64,000 nucleotides of DNA, taken from the NCBI GenBank assembly GCA_963726745.1, contig CAVSDR010000003.1:768001-832000 (forward strand). The letters run 5' to 3'. Position numbers and translations under genes: made by a program. How positions within the stretch are numbered: the first letter of the stretch is position 1; every line of letters begins with the position of its first letter. The stretch comes from an uncultured Verrucomicrobiae bacterium. GTDB taxonomy: Bacteria > Verrucomicrobiota > Verrucomicrobiia > Chthoniobacterales > UBA10450. The notes under the pieces are model-generated. The model did not search any database, was not told where the DNA came from, and saw only the letters and a program-made list of their open reading frames with translations. Below are positions 7,709 through 18,971 of the stretch, in pieces.

Positions 7709-10702
7709 GTGCAGCTGGAACTAGAATTGCAACCCGCGGAGCGCGCGCCCGTTCCCACTTTGCTCATCGCCGCCTCTCCCGAGACCGCGTGGCAAGGCGG
7801 TGCGGCGGAGTGGTTCGCCCGGGTCGCCGCGCAAGGCTGGCAAAGTGAACTCCCCGCGCTCGTCGTCGTGCCCACGCGCGGGCAGGCGCAGGCGCTCAAA
7901 GCGCGCGTTCTCTCCGCGGGGCACTCGCTCCTCGGTGTGGAATTTTTCACGCCGCAGTTGTTGCGCGCTTTCCTCGCGCAAAACGCCGAGATCGTTCCGC
8001 CGCCCGCGCAGCATCTCCGCCTTCTCCTGGCGCTCGCGGCGGAGGAGCGTCTCCAGGATTCCGCGCTCTCCGAAGCCGAACGCCTCGCAGCTGTTTCCGT
8101 CCGCCGCACGCCGGCGCATCTTCTGCGTTTGCTCGAGCAACTCGGCGCCGCTGGCTGGGATTTCGAGCGCGCAGACCTGCCGGCTTTCCAGGCCGTCGTG
8201 CAGAAATTTCGACAGCACCTGAAGGCGAATCATTTCGTCCTCACGCCGGAAGCGGATCGCGCGGCGCTGGCCCACGCACAGGGGCAACCGCCGCGCATCG
8301 GCGAGTTGCTCGTCTCCGGATTTCACGGCGCGCATTGGCCGTTGTGGCATTTGTTGCGCGGCGCCGTCGCGACCGCGAAACGCGCCACGATTCTCCTGCA
8401 ATATCCGCGCGACGCGGCCGCCGATCTCGACACTGCCTGGATCGGCGCGTGGGAAGACACCTACGACGAAGCCAAACCGATCGCGCACACGACCGATCCG
8501 GAACCGGCCCTGCGAACCACGCTCTTCCTCGCCGGCCTCGATCTTCAGGAGCAAGCAGTCGCGATCGTCGGCGCGGCCCAGCAATTTTTAGCCGACCAGA
8601 ATTGCACGCGCCTCGGCATCGTCGTGCCGGCGGCGGGCGCGCTTTCCCGCCGCGTAGCCGCCGCGCTCAACCGCGCCGGCCTGCCGCACTACGACGCCGT
8701 CGGGCAAATGGTTCCTGGATTGTTCGAAGCGCCGGACTTCTGGGCCTGGATGGAATTGCAACGCACCCCGCGTCTCCACGCCCTCCGGCGTTTCCTAACG
8801 AGTCTGCCCGCCGCGCACCCACTCTTCGCGAAAATCTCGCGCGAGCAGATTCTCCACGGCCTAACGAAAACGCTCGGAGCGCTCGCGCTCGACGATCTTC
8901 CGTTACTCACCGCTGCTACCAAAGCGGAGATCGGTCACGCGCTCGGCCAGCTGCAGTTTCTCCCGGCGCAGGCCACGCTCGCCCAGTTCCTCGCGCAGAC
9001 CGGCGCCGCTTTCGATGCGCTCGGATGGACCGAGCGCCGCGCGGAAGTTCTCCGGCAGAGCCAATGGGCGGACGGAGTGACCGCGACCGTCTCGCTCACG
9101 TTGTTTCTCAAATGGCTCGAGGAAATCGCGAACACCTTCCGCGTTGCGCGCGACCAACTCGGCGCGCACCCGTATGCGCGCATTCACCTGCTCACGCCCG
9201 CACAGGCCGAGGAGCAAACCTGGTCGCATCTCATCCTCGGCGGGATGAACGAGAACGCCTGGCCGGCCGCGGCGCGCGGCGATTTCCTCCCCGCCACGCA
9301 GGTCGATCAGCTCAACGCAACGGTGCGCAAACTCAATCGCGCGGCCACGCGCGAAGGCCGCCAGGGCGAAGGCCACGTCGCGCTGCGCGAGGGCAAAACC
9401 ATCTTCCTCGGCGCCGCCGAACAGCGGCAGCTCGCGCTCGCGCAGTTCTCCGGCTTGCTCGAATCCACCACGCACGGACTCGCGCTTACCGCCAGCGTGG
9501 TCCAGGAAGCCGCGCCCGAACGCCTCTCGAATCCGAGCGAACTTTTCAGCCAGCTTTATCATCAGGTCCACGGCACCGCGCTGTCGCAAAACGGCCTGCG
9601 CGCGTTGCGCGAGAACACGCGAGCGTGGATGGAGAAATCCGCCTTCCCGCGTGAATCTGCGCCGGACATCTCGCCGGCTATTTCCCAAACCGCCATCGCC
9701 TACCGCGCCCGCCGGCAATTGGCTGCGTCCGATGAATACGATTTCTCCCTAACGACACCACCCGCCGAAATCGAACCGATGCGCGTGAGCGACGTCGAGG
9801 CGCTTTTGCAAGCGCCCGCCCTCGTCTGGATGCGCCGCTTCCTCGGCGTGGAAGGCGCGGAAGATTCCACCTTCGCCTGGAACGCTTCCCTCGGATTGTG
9901 GACCCACGATTGGCTCGCGCGAATCCTGCCGCGGAGCGATCAATTCAGCGCGCTCCCGTCGCCTAACGAGTTCTCCAGCCTGATCGAAACCGCCGCCCGG
10001 CAGAAGCGCGCGCAAGTCCACGAACTTTGCCGACACCTCGGGAAAACCGTGCCCGACTGGTGGGAAAGCGGCTGGGAAAATGCGCACTGCCTGGCGCAGG
10101 TGCTCGGCCGCTTGCTCGGCACCGTCGAGGGTTGGAAGTGGGCCGTGCCCGAATGGAACCTCGCTGGCCAGCCGCTCGCCTTTGGCAAAGACCGCTCGCT
10201 CCTCGTGCGCGGCCGGGCCGATCTCTTGTTAGCCAAAACCGAGAGCGCGCCCGCTTCGCTCGCGGTTCCGGAATTGTGGATCGTCGACTTCAAGACCGGG
10301 AACAAAAAATCCCTCGCCAAACGCAGAGGCACTCCGGAACAACAGGAGAAGCGCATCATCAAAAGCGTGCTCAAGCGCGAAACGCTCCAACTCGCGCTCT
10401 ACGCGCATGCGGCCCACGCGCTCGGCGCTGAAGCTGTTGGCATCAGCCTGCTTTCGCCGCTCGTACGCGAAGCCGAGCCGCAAATGCAGCTCGACGACTT
10501 CGCCCCCGCGCTGCCCGCCTTCCGCGAACTCGCGCGCATGCAGGCAACTGGCAATTTCGGGATGAAAGGCGATCTGCGCGGCGCCTTCACTTTCACCGCC
10601 GATTACCCGCTGGCCACGCTCGCGGTCGATCGCGAAGTGCTCGACGAACGCTGGGAAAAAACGCACGCCGATCTGGCCTTGGACGAGGAGCCGTGGTTTT
10701 GA
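7709..10702 (+). CDS. addB: AddB-like subunit (degenerate helicase plus C-terminal PD-(D/E)XK nuclease)
   Basis: C-terminal VRGRADLLL...IVDFKTG...LQLALYA RecB-type nuclease motifs; immediately upstream of a UvrD-type helicase-nuclease. Confidence 0.7.
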   Translation: MQLELELQPAERAPVPTLLIAASPETAWQGGAAEWFARVAAQGWQSELPALVVVPTRGQAQALKARVLSAGHSLLGVEFFTPQLLRAFLAQNAEIVPPPAQHLRLLLALAAEERLQDSALSEAERLAAVSVRRTPAHLLRLLEQLGAAGWDFERADLPAFQAVVQKFRQHLKANHFVLTPEADRAALAHAQGQPPRIGELLVSGFHGAHWPLWHLLRGAVATAKRATILLQYPRDAAADLDTAWIGAWEDTYDEAKPIAHTTDPEPALRTTLFLAGLDLQEQAVAIVGAAQQFLADQNCTRLGIVVPAAGALSRRVAAALNRAGLPHYDAVGQMVPGLFEAPDFWAWMELQRTPRLHALRRFLTSLPAAHPLFAKISREQILHGLTKTLGALALDDLPLLTAATKAEIGHALGQLQFLPAQATLAQFLAQTGAAFDALGWTERRAEVLRQSQWADGVTATVSLTLFLKWLEEIANTFRVARDQLGAHPYARIHLLTPAQAEEQTWSHLILGGMNENAWPAAARGDFLPATQVDQLNATVRKLNRAATREGRQGEGHVALREGKTIFLGAAEQRQLALAQFSGLLESTTHGLALTASVVQEAAPERLSNPSELFSQLYHQVHGTALSQNGLRALRENTRAWMEKSAFPRESAPDISPAISQTAIAYRARRQLAASDEYDFSLTTPPAEIEPMRVSDVEALLQAPALVWMRRFLGVEGAEDSTFAWNASLGLWTHDWLARILPRSDQFSALPSPNEFSSLIETAARQKRAQVHELCRHLGKTVPDWWESGWENAHCLAQVLGRLLGTVEGWKWAVPEWNLAGQPLAFGKDRSLLVRGRADLLLAKTESAPASLAVPELWIVDFKTGNKKSLAKRRGTPEQQEKRIIKSVLKRETLQLALYAHAAHALGAEAVGISLLSPLVREAEPQMQLDDFAPALPAFRELARMQATGNFGMKGDLRGAFTFTADYPLATLAVDREVLDERWEKTHADLALDEEPWF

Positions 10703-13700
10703 GCGCTCCATCCGACCAGCGCGAGCGCGACCGTTTTGCCAGCGAGCTAAAGACGAATTTCTCCGTCGTCGCTTCCGCCGGCTCCGGCAAAACCACCGCG
10801 ATCACGAAACGCATCGCTGCGGTCGCACAATCCGCCGATGCGCTGACTGCTTTGCCGCGCCTTGTTGTGCTCACCTTCGCCAATCGCGCCGCCGATGAGA
10901 TGCAGCAACGCGCGCGTGAGGAAATCCTGCGCGCGCCAACCTTCGCCGGAAATTCTCGCCGCTTTCAACCGCGCCTGGTTCGGCACGATCCACGCCTTCT
11001 GTCTCAAGCTCCTGAACGATTACGGACATTCCTCGGCCTGCCCGCGCCGCTTGAGCTCGTGACCGACGACGAGGATTTGTGGACTGAGTTTGTCCAACAA
11101 CAGACGCACATTGGCCGCTCACTGCGCGCGGAGGATCGCACCGCGCTCCTGCGTTTCGCTTCCATCAGGAACATCATGGAACTCGGCCGCGGCGCCGACT
11201 CCGCGCTTCTGCGCCCTAACGAGTCAGGACCGTGCCCGCCGGTCGATGTCCAGCCAGTGTTGCAAATCGCTCGCGCCGCCAACCGGAAAAGCGAGGCGAT
11301 CGCGAACTCGATCGCGCAGCTGAAATCCTGGGAAGAAAACTATCGCGCCGGCGACGGGCTTCCTTCGCTGGCCCATCTGCTCGTCGACGACCCGGGAGAT
11401 CGTCGCGAGCTGGAACGAAGCCTTCATCCCCCTGCGCCGCTGGGTTAATCAAGCCGCCATCTGCGTGGCCGCAGAAGTGCAGCGCGATTACCGCAATTTC
11501 CGGCTCGAACGCGGCGTCGTGACCTACGCCGATCAGATCGCGCTCGCCGACGAACTCCTGCAGCATCCCGAAGCCGCGCGCCGCCTGCGCGAGCTCGATC
11601 ACCTCGTGATTCTCGACGAAGCGCAGGACACCGATCCGGCGCAGTTCTCCGTGCTTCTGGAAATCACCCGGCCGCCGGAAGCGACCGGCCGCTGGCTGGA
11701 GACCAAAGCCGATCCGCCGCGGCCCGGACACTTCTCCATGGTCGGCGATTTCCAGCAATCGATCTACGGCGATCGCGCCGACCTGCGGCATTATCGTCGC
11801 GTGCACGAGACGCTCGTCGCGACCGGCGCCGGCGAGGCGCTCAAGTTCTCCGTCACCTTCCGGCTCGACCAGGCGCAGCTCGATTTCGTTAACGCCGCCT
11901 TCCGCGATGTGCTGCACGGCGAGGGCGGGCAGGTGCCGTTCGTCGAGCTGCAGCCGCGTCCGACGGTCCTTCCCGGCCAGGTCCTCCGGCTGAATCTCGT
12001 CGCCGAAAATTTTCGGCGGAAAAGACAAACCCAAGGAGCGCCAGATCGCGCACCTCGAAGCCGCAGAGCTGGCGCGCTGGTTGAAAAAAAGCGGGCTCGC
12101 AAAATTGCGCGCGCGCACCTGGCGCGAGGTCGCGATTCTTTGCCCGCGGAAAGATTGGCTGCGGACAATGGCGGGCGCGTTGCGGCGGGAAAACCTACCG
12201 ATCGAGGTGCAATCGGAGAGCGACCTCCAGGCCGATTCGCCGGCCTACGCGTGGCTCACCGCGCTGTGCGTCATCCTGGTCGAGCCGCGCAATAGCTACG
12301 AAATCGTCGGCGTGCTTCGCGAGGTTTACGGCATCTCCGACAACGATCTCGCCGTTTTCGCCGAGGGGCACGGCGCGCGTTTTCAAATCGAAGAGCCAGT
12401 CGCGGCCGCGGGTGTCGTCTCTTCGACGCTCGCGGAACTGACCGCGCTGCGAGCGGAAGTGCATCGGCCTGCCGCTCTTCGCCGCGGTCGAACAGATCAT
12501 CGCCCGCACCGCGTTGCGCGCGCGCATCGCCACGCTGCCGGGGGAAGATTTCAAGGAACCGCTGGCCGATCTCGAATCGCTCCTCACGCTCGCCGCCGAC
12601 GCCGCCGCCAACGGCGCGACCCTGGCGGATTTTGCCGACAACCTCCGCTCCGAGATGGAACGCCCGCGCGCTGTCCGCCTCTCCGACCGCGACGCCATCC
12701 AACTCATCACCGCGCAAAAAGCAAAAGGCTCCGAATGGGACGTGGTCATCGTGCCGTTTCTCGGCCGGCGAATCGTGGATGCGCCGCCGCGTTATCCGTC
12801 GCTCATGAAACGCCCCGGCAGCGACGAAGTCTTCGCCGCCTTGCACAAGGAAGATTACGAAGACGAGGCGCGAAAGATTTCCAAAATCCTGAAGCGCCAG
12901 GAAATGGAGCGCCTGCTTTACGTCGCGCTCACCCGCGCGCGGCACACGCTCGTGCTCGCGCTCGACCATGAACTCTTCGCCAATTCCGAAGGAAAATTGG
13001 TCGACAACTCGCAGCTCAAATTTCTTCACGGCCCGGATGAGCCCGCCAAGACCGCATTGCTCGAAACGCTGGCGATCAATCCCGCGGCCTGCGCGCAAAC
13101 GACCGCGCTCTGGACCGAAAAGCTGAACCAGCAATTTCCCGCGCCTGCTCCGCTCGCGCCGCTCAACGCTGCTGCCTTAAGCCGCGCGCGAAAACAAGCC
13201 GGCCACTTCGTCCGCAAACAAAACCCGAGCGCCTTCGATCCCCCGGCCGATCGCCCGGCGACCCAGGCCAACCGCTCGTTAGCCGACAACCCGGCGACGC
13301 TCTACGGCAGTTGGTGGCACGGGCTATTCCAGCATTTCCCGTGGAAGAGCGGTCCGGCCCAGCGCGAGACCGCCTTCACGACTTTGCTCCCGGATTCACC
13401 TGATCCGAAACGCTCCGCGGAAGAATGGAAACGACTCCAGGCATCCCTGGAAAAATCCGCGCTCGCGGAATTCCTCCAGCGCCCCGGCGTGCTCGTGCAC
13501 ACGGAATACCCGTTCCTCTGGCGCATGTCCGAGCGCAGTTGCGTCGAAGGCGTGATCGATCTCCTGCTGATCGACCCGGGGGCGCGGCGCTGTCTTCTGC
13601 TCGACTGGAAAACGAATACCGCGAAGAAGGGCGACGCGGAAATCTTGCGCGCGCGTTATCTTGCCCAGATTGCCGCCTATTGGCGCGCCGTCTCCCACTT

Positions 13701-13854
13701 GACCGGCTACGAAGTCGAGGCCGCGCTTTTCTCCACTTCGTTAGGCCAATTGCTCCCCTACGACCAGTCCGCGCTGGCCGTCGAATGGACACGCCTCGAG
13801 AGTCTCCCGCCGGACGATCTCGCCGCCGAGGTCGCGCCGTCCGACGCATTTTGA
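10693..13854 (+). CDS. addA: AddA-like UvrD/SF1A helicase-nuclease, split by about five frameshifts (near 10940, 11030, 11360, 12015, 12465)
   Basis: Walker A ASAGSGKT, LTFANRAADEM, GTIHAFC (alternate frame), ILDEAQDT, VGDFQQSIY, ITAQKAKGSEW, ERLLYVALTRAR, nuclease GVIDLL...LDWKT across successive frames. Confidence 0.8.
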
Positions 13855-13887
13855 TTGAAAATCGGAAGCTCGGTGCAGAATAGGCGG

Positions 13888-15255
13888 ATGCGCTTTCGCT
13901 TCGCCCTGCTCGTTTTGCTGGCGGGCGCGGTTTGCCCGGCGCGGGCGCTGACGCTCGAGGAAGCGGTCGCCCGGGCCCGCGAGCACAACCCGGAGATCGT
14001 GATCGCGCGCAAGCAAGTGGAGGCGGCCCGCGGCGGCGTGCTCGAGGCGCGCGCAGGTTACCTGCCCACGGTCGCTTCCTCCGGCCTGCTGCGGAAGCGC
14101 ACCCAGCAGGAGCAGTCGCGCCTGCGGGACGATGATTACAACGCCTCCGTGCGCGTGATCCAGAGCATCTACACTTCCGGGGCAAATCGCGCCCGCTTGA
14201 AGATCGCGCGCCTGCTCCAGGAAAAGCGCGAGCTCGAGCTGGCGGCCACAACCGCGCGCGTGCTCCAGGATTTGCGCGTGGCTTACTACGAGTTGCTGCT
14301 CAATCGCGCGAAGATCGGCGTGCGCGAGCAATCCCTCCAGGTGATGCGCGACGAGCTGAAGTCGCAGGAAGAGCGTTTTCTCGCGGGCACCGTCGGCGAG
14401 TTGAACGTGCGCCGCGCCGAAGTCTCGCTGGCAAACGAGCAGCCGGAACTTTTCGAGTCGCGGACGCGTTTGCAAAATTCTTACCTGCGCGTGGGCGAAC
14501 TCATGGGCCTGAGCGTGCTGCCTAACGAGCGCCGCCCGCAGTTCGAGGTCGCGGGCGAATTGCGCTACCAGGCGGTTCGCCCGGAACTAAACGACTGCCT
14601 GCAAGCCGCCGCGGCGCGCCGCCCGGAGATGCGTGCGCGCCAGATCGATCTCGAGATCGAGGAGCAACAGTTGATCATCGACCGCGCGGAGTTGCGTCCG
14701 CGGCTGGAGGCGTTTTCCGGTTACGAAGTCTACAGCGAGCGCGATCCGCTGGTGGGGAACGAATTCAACCACGGCTGGGTCGTAGGCCTGAACGCCAGCT
14801 GGCATATCTTCGACGGCTACGCCACGCGCGGGCGGATGCAGGCTACGCGCGCGCGCCGCGACGCCGCGGCCGCTGCGCTCCAGGCGATGCAGACCTCGGT
14901 GGAAGCGGACGTGCGCAGCGCTTTCTTCGATCTCGAGCAAGCCAACCGCGTGCTCGAGTCGGAAACGCGCAATGTGCAGAACGCGACCGAGTCACTCGAG
15001 ATCGCGCGCGGTAATCTCGGCGCCGGCCTTGGGACGCAGCTCGAGGTGCTCCAGGCCGCGGCCGATATCACGCGCGTGCGGACCACGCGGCTGAGCGCGA
15101 TTTACCTGCACAATGCGGCCCTCGCCCGCCTGGCCCGCGCCTGTGCGCGCGAGCCGGACGAGTTGAAGGTGACGCACGCGCCAACGGCGGCGGAAGCGAA
15201 ACGCCAGGCGCGCGCTTTCGATCTCGCCCGACCGCCCTCGAACCTCCCGCGCTGA
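13888..15255 (+). CDS. TolC-family outer membrane efflux protein
   Basis: Signal peptide; LTLEEAVARAREHNPEI, ARAGYLPTV, RPEMR, GLGTQLEVLQA typical of outer membrane factor repeats. Confidence 0.85.
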   Translation: MRFRFALLVLLAGAVCPARALTLEEAVARAREHNPEIVIARKQVEAARGGVLEARAGYLPTVASSGLLRKRTQQEQSRLRDDDYNASVRVIQSIYTSGANRARLKIARLLQEKRELELAATTARVLQDLRVAYYELLLNRAKIGVREQSLQVMRDELKSQEERFLAGTVGELNVRRAEVSLANEQPELFESRTRLQNSYLRVGELMGLSVLPNERRPQFEVAGELRYQAVRPELNDCLQAAAARRPEMRARQIDLEIEEQQLIIDRAELRPRLEAFSGYEVYSERDPLVGNEFNHGWVVGLNASWHIFDGYATRGRMQATRARRDAAAAALQAMQTSVEADVRSAFFDLEQANRVLESETRNVQNATESLEIARGNLGAGLGTQLEVLQAAADITRVRTTRLSAIYLHNAALARLARACAREPDELKVTHAPTAAEAKRQARAFDLARPPSNLPR

Positions 15256-16565
15256 TGAAAGTGCTGGCTCTTTTCGCTGCGCTGATCGTTCCCCTAACGA
15301 GTGGTGCGATCACGCTCGACGCTGCTTTTGCGCGCATCCTCGAGCGCAACCCGCAGATCCAGCAGGCCAAGTTTCAACTCGAGCAGGCCGCTGGGCGGCG
15401 ACTCCTGTTGCGCGCGGTTGGCTACCCGGACGCACGCGTGATTGCCCCGGCGGGCGCGCAAGGCGGAAAGCGCGCGGGCGAAAGCTCGGTGCAGCCGTTC
15501 GCGTTTGGCCAGGGCGCTTTCACCCAGGCGGTTTTCGATCCGGCGGTGCCGGCCTCGTTTCGCCGCGGCGATCTCGAAGTGTTGATCGCGCAGCAGCGCT
15601 TAAACGTGGCCGTGCTCGAGCAACTCCATGCCGCGCGCCTCGCCTACTACACCGCCGTTTACCAGGATGCGCTCCGTGCTTTGGCCGAAGGCCAGCGGCA
15701 GCGCCTGCGGGAGAATGCGCGCACGCAGAGCGACCGTTTTCAGGCCGGGCAGAGCGACCGCCCCGCGATCGCAGTGGCCCGCTTGCTCGAGCAGGAAGTC
15801 GGGCCGCGGATCGAGGAATCGCGCCGCGCTTCCAGCGGAGCGCTGCTGCAACTGGCGCAAGCCATGGGCGCCGACGTGCGCGGCGATCTGCCCACGGCGG
15901 AGGGTTCGCTGGCGTTCGTTAGCCAGCAACTTGATGTCGCCGGGGAGACACGCGCGGCCCTGGCGCAGCGAGCGGATCTGCAGCTCGCCCGTCTGCTTGT
16001 GCGCGCGGGACGCGAAGACGAGCGGATCGCCGCGGCCGGCTACTTTCCGCAGATCGATGCGACCATTTCCGGCACCTACATTCCGGTCTCCGACATCCGC
16101 CGCGGCAGCGAAGGCTCGGCTCGGCGCTCGGATGACATTGTTTCCTCGGAGATGCGTTTTGGCGGCGCCTTCACCTGGCGGGTGATCGACAATGGCCGCG
16201 TGGCCGGCGCGGTCGCGCAGCGGCGTGCGTTGCGGGAAGCCAACGAAGCCGTGCTCGCGCGCCTCGAGGCCGAGGTGCCCCGCGCGCTCACGCGTTTGCG
16301 GAACAATTTGGACTCGTTAGCCGCGCGGCACGAGGCGCTGGCTAAATCCGGAATTGTCGCCGGCCAGACGGTGGCCGCGGTCCAGGCGCAGCTCGCCCAG
16401 GGTCTCTCCTCGCAACTGGAATACCGCACCGCGGAAAGCGATTTCCTCAAGGCCCAGGCCGGGCTCCTGACCGCGGCCTACGAGCAAAACCTCGCCCTGG
16501 CCGAGCGCGACCGGATCACCGGGCGCTACTTTCAATTTTCCCCGGCGCCGCGGAGCGTGCATTAG
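15255..16565 (+). CDS. Second TolC-family outer membrane efflux protein
   Basis: ITLDAAFARILERNPQI, RADLQLA, AAGYFPQI, GLSSQLEYRTAE; translationally coupled (TGATG). Confidence 0.8.
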   Translation: MKVLALFAALIVPLTSGAITLDAAFARILERNPQIQQAKFQLEQAAGRRLLLRAVGYPDARVIAPAGAQGGKRAGESSVQPFAFGQGAFTQAVFDPAVPASFRRGDLEVLIAQQRLNVAVLEQLHAARLAYYTAVYQDALRALAEGQRQRLRENARTQSDRFQAGQSDRPAIAVARLLEQEVGPRIEESRRASSGALLQLAQAMGADVRGDLPTAEGSLAFVSQQLDVAGETRAALAQRADLQLARLLVRAGREDERIAAAGYFPQIDATISGTYIPVSDIRRGSEGSARRSDDIVSSEMRFGGAFTWRVIDNGRVAGAVAQRRALREANEAVLARLEAEVPRALTRLRNNLDSLAARHEALAKSGIVAGQTVAAVQAQLAQGLSSQLEYRTAESDFLKAQAGLLTAAYEQNLALAERDRITGRYFQFSPAPRSVH

Positions 16566-16574
16566 TTAGGGGAC

Positions 16575-17726
16575 TTGAAGTTTCCCTCTTCGAAAAAAAT
16601 TTGGTGGGCCGCCGGCGCCGGTTTGCTCCTGCTCTTCGCGCTCCTTTACTACGCCTTTCTGCCGGTCGCGGAAGTCGCCGTGGTGGCCCGCGGGACCGCG
16701 ATCTCGGCGGTCTACGGGACGGTGCGGATCGAGCCGACTTTCTTGATTCACGTGCGCGCGCAGAACGCCGGCTTCATCCGCCTGAGCGATGCTTTCTCCG
16801 CCGGCCGCGGCGCGATCGGGCGCACGGTCGAGAAAGGCGAACTCTTCGCGACCATCGCTGATGAAGCGACCGCGCGGCAATTGAAGCAAGCCCGCGGCGA
16901 TCTGCAGGCTGCGCGGGAGCGCGCGCAGTTGCCCCTGCCTTCCGCGGAGGCGCTCCGCGTGGCCGAGGACACGCTCGGGCGACTCGAGAAGCTCAGCTCC
17001 TTGAGCAACGTTCCCGCGGTCGAATACGAGAAGGCCAAGAGCGATGTCGCGCGTCTGCGCGGGCAGGTGGAAGCGGAGCGAATCGAGCGCGACCGCAACC
17101 TCGAGAACCTCGACGCCGCCGCGAAGAAGCTCGAGGCGCAGATGAAGAACTCCGAGATCCGCTCGCCCATGGACGGCTTGCTCACGGACGTGAAGACGAT
17201 CGATGGCGATCTCGTGAGCGAAGGGAACGAGCTCTTCGCGGTCGCCTCGCGGAAAAATTACGTGCGCGGCGAAGTGAATGAGGAAGACGTGGGCGAGGTG
17301 AAGCTCGGCATGCCCGCGAAGGTGCAGCTCTACGCTTTCCGCAATCAGCAATTTGATGCGCGCGTGACCGCGATCATGCCTGCGGCCGACCCGGACACGC
17401 AGCGCTACACGATTGTCCTCGATCTCGAGAAAGCGCCGGAAAACCTGCTCGCGGGCATGACTGGCGAGATGAACATCATCACCGGCCGCCATGAAAACGC
17501 GCTCCTCGTGCCGACACGCGCGCTCCTGGTCGATCACGTGCTCACGGTGCGCGCGGGCACGGTCCGCTCACGCGCGGTCCAGGTGGGCTATCGCACGCTC
17601 GATTACACCGAGGTGCTGCAAGGCCTGGAGGAAGGCGCGCACGTGATCATTAGCGACCAGGACAAGTTCCGCCCGGGCCAGCCGGCGCGGCAGCGCGAAG
17701 TCGAGGGCTTGAAGCCACCGGAGTAG
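16575..17726 (+). CDS. Periplasmic adaptor (membrane fusion protein, MacA/HlyD-like)
   Basis: N-terminal TM, lipoyl-like halves (VEKGELFA; IRSPMDG), coiled coil, VNEEDVGEVKLG, ALLVPTRAL. Confidence 0.85.
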   Translation: MKFPSSKKIWWAAGAGLLLLFALLYYAFLPVAEVAVVARGTAISAVYGTVRIEPTFLIHVRAQNAGFIRLSDAFSAGRGAIGRTVEKGELFATIADEATARQLKQARGDLQAARERAQLPLPSAEALRVAEDTLGRLEKLSSLSNVPAVEYEKAKSDVARLRGQVEAERIERDRNLENLDAAAKKLEAQMKNSEIRSPMDGLLTDVKTIDGDLVSEGNELFAVASRKNYVRGEVNEEDVGEVKLGMPAKVQLYAFRNQQFDARVTAIMPAADPDTQRYTIVLDLEKAPENLLAGMTGEMNIITGRHENALLVPTRALLVDHVLTVRAGTVRSRAVQVGYRTLDYTEVLQGLEEGAHVIISDQDKFRPGQPARQREVEGLKPPE

Positions 17727-17727
17727 C

Positions 17728-18963
17728 GTGAAACGCCCGTCGCTTTACATCGGGCTGCGCTTTCTCACCCACCGCAAGCGGGCCTTCTTCCTCAGCCTCA
17801 GCGGCGTGGTCTTCGGCGTAGCCATCTTCATCACCACGCAGGCGCAGACCGCCGGCTTCCAGAAGAACTTCATCGATTCGAACCTCGGGAGTAATGGCGG
17901 CCTCGTCTTGTCGGCTAAAATCCAAGAGCCCACGAACGGTCTCTGGGTGGGCGCGAAAAATCTGAAGAGCTCGCGGCGGCGTTTCTCCGAGGGAATCAGC
18001 GATCCCGGCGGGATCATGCGCGTGAGCCGCGACTTTCCCGACGTCGCCGCGTGTGCCGCGGTCCTGCGTGGCTTGCTGAGCGCGCGCGCCGGTTTCGAGA
18101 CGGCCACGGTGAACCTCTTCGGAATTGATCCTTCGACTTTTGTCGAGGCGACCAATCTGCGTGCGCAAATCTTCGACGGGAGCTTTGACGATTTCCGCAA
18201 CAATTCGCGCGCGCTCATCGTCGGCTCGCGCCTCGCGGAAGCGCTCGGAGTGAAAGCGGGCGACAGCCTCCAGCTTCTTTCACCCGGTGGCGAATACCAG
18301 CGTTTCACGGTCGCGGCACTCGCGCGCAGCGGGATCGGTTCGGCTGATGCCAGCCGCATTTATTGCCACCGCAAGACCGCGCAGAAGTTGCTCCTTAAAC
18401 CCTACAGCGCCTCGATGATCGTCTACAAACTGCGCGACCCGGAACGCGCGCCTGCGCTGGCGCAACATTTCGAGATGCTCTTCCAGCAGCGCGCCGAGAG
18501 TTGGCAGGAGCGCGAGGAAGGGAATCTCCAACTCTTCCGCACCCTCCAAATCTCCGCGGCGATCACCGTCTCGCTGATTATTTTGCTGGCCGGTTTCGGC
18601 ATCTTCAATGTGCTCACCATGACCGTGATCTCGAAGCTCAAGGAGATCGCGATTCTGCGCTCGATCGGCTACCGCCGCGGCGACATCTCCGCGATTTTTC
18701 TCTGGCAAGGCGCGATGATCGCCGTGGGCGGCTCGCTCCTCGGCTGCGCTCTCGGCGCGCTCATGACCTGGGGCGTCTCGCACATCCCGATCAAAGTGCG
18801 CGGCCTGCTCTACGCGAATTACTTCCTCGTGAGCTGGGAATGGTCGCACTACTTCTGGGCCACCGTGCTCGCGATCATCGCGGTCTTTATCGCCAGCTTC
18901 GTGCCCGCGCGCCGGGCGGGCTTGCTCTCGCCGGTGGCCACGCTCCGCGGCTCTGGCGGCTAA
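17728..18963 (+). CDS. ABC transporter permease, LolC/E-MacB (FtsX) family
   Basis: LSLSGVVFGVA; GFGIFNVLTMTVISKLKEIAILRSIG; PARRAGLLSPVATLRG. Confidence 0.9.
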   Translation: MKRPSLYIGLRFLTHRKRAFFLSLSGVVFGVAIFITTQAQTAGFQKNFIDSNLGSNGGLVLSAKIQEPTNGLWVGAKNLKSSRRRFSEGISDPGGIMRVSRDFPDVAACAAVLRGLLSARAGFETATVNLFGIDPSTFVEATNLRAQIFDGSFDDFRNNSRALIVGSRLAEALGVKAGDSLQLLSPGGEYQRFTVAALARSGIGSADASRIYCHRKTAQKLLLKPYSASMIVYKLRDPERAPALAQHFEMLFQQRAESWQEREEGNLQLFRTLQISAAITVSLIILLAGFGIFNVLTMTVISKLKEIAILRSIGYRRGDISAIFLWQGAMIAVGGSLLGCALGALMTWGVSHIPIKVRGLLYANYFLVSWEWSHYFWATVLAIIAVFIASFVPARRAGLLSPVATLRGSGG

Positions 18964-18971
18964 AGCGGAAC

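Noticed and set aside
7709..13854. CTAACGA as the Chi site of the AddAB-like enzyme
   Set aside because: Chi sites are usually skewed to one strand within a replichore; here orientations are balanced (26 vs 24). Not fully excluded without the whole genome.
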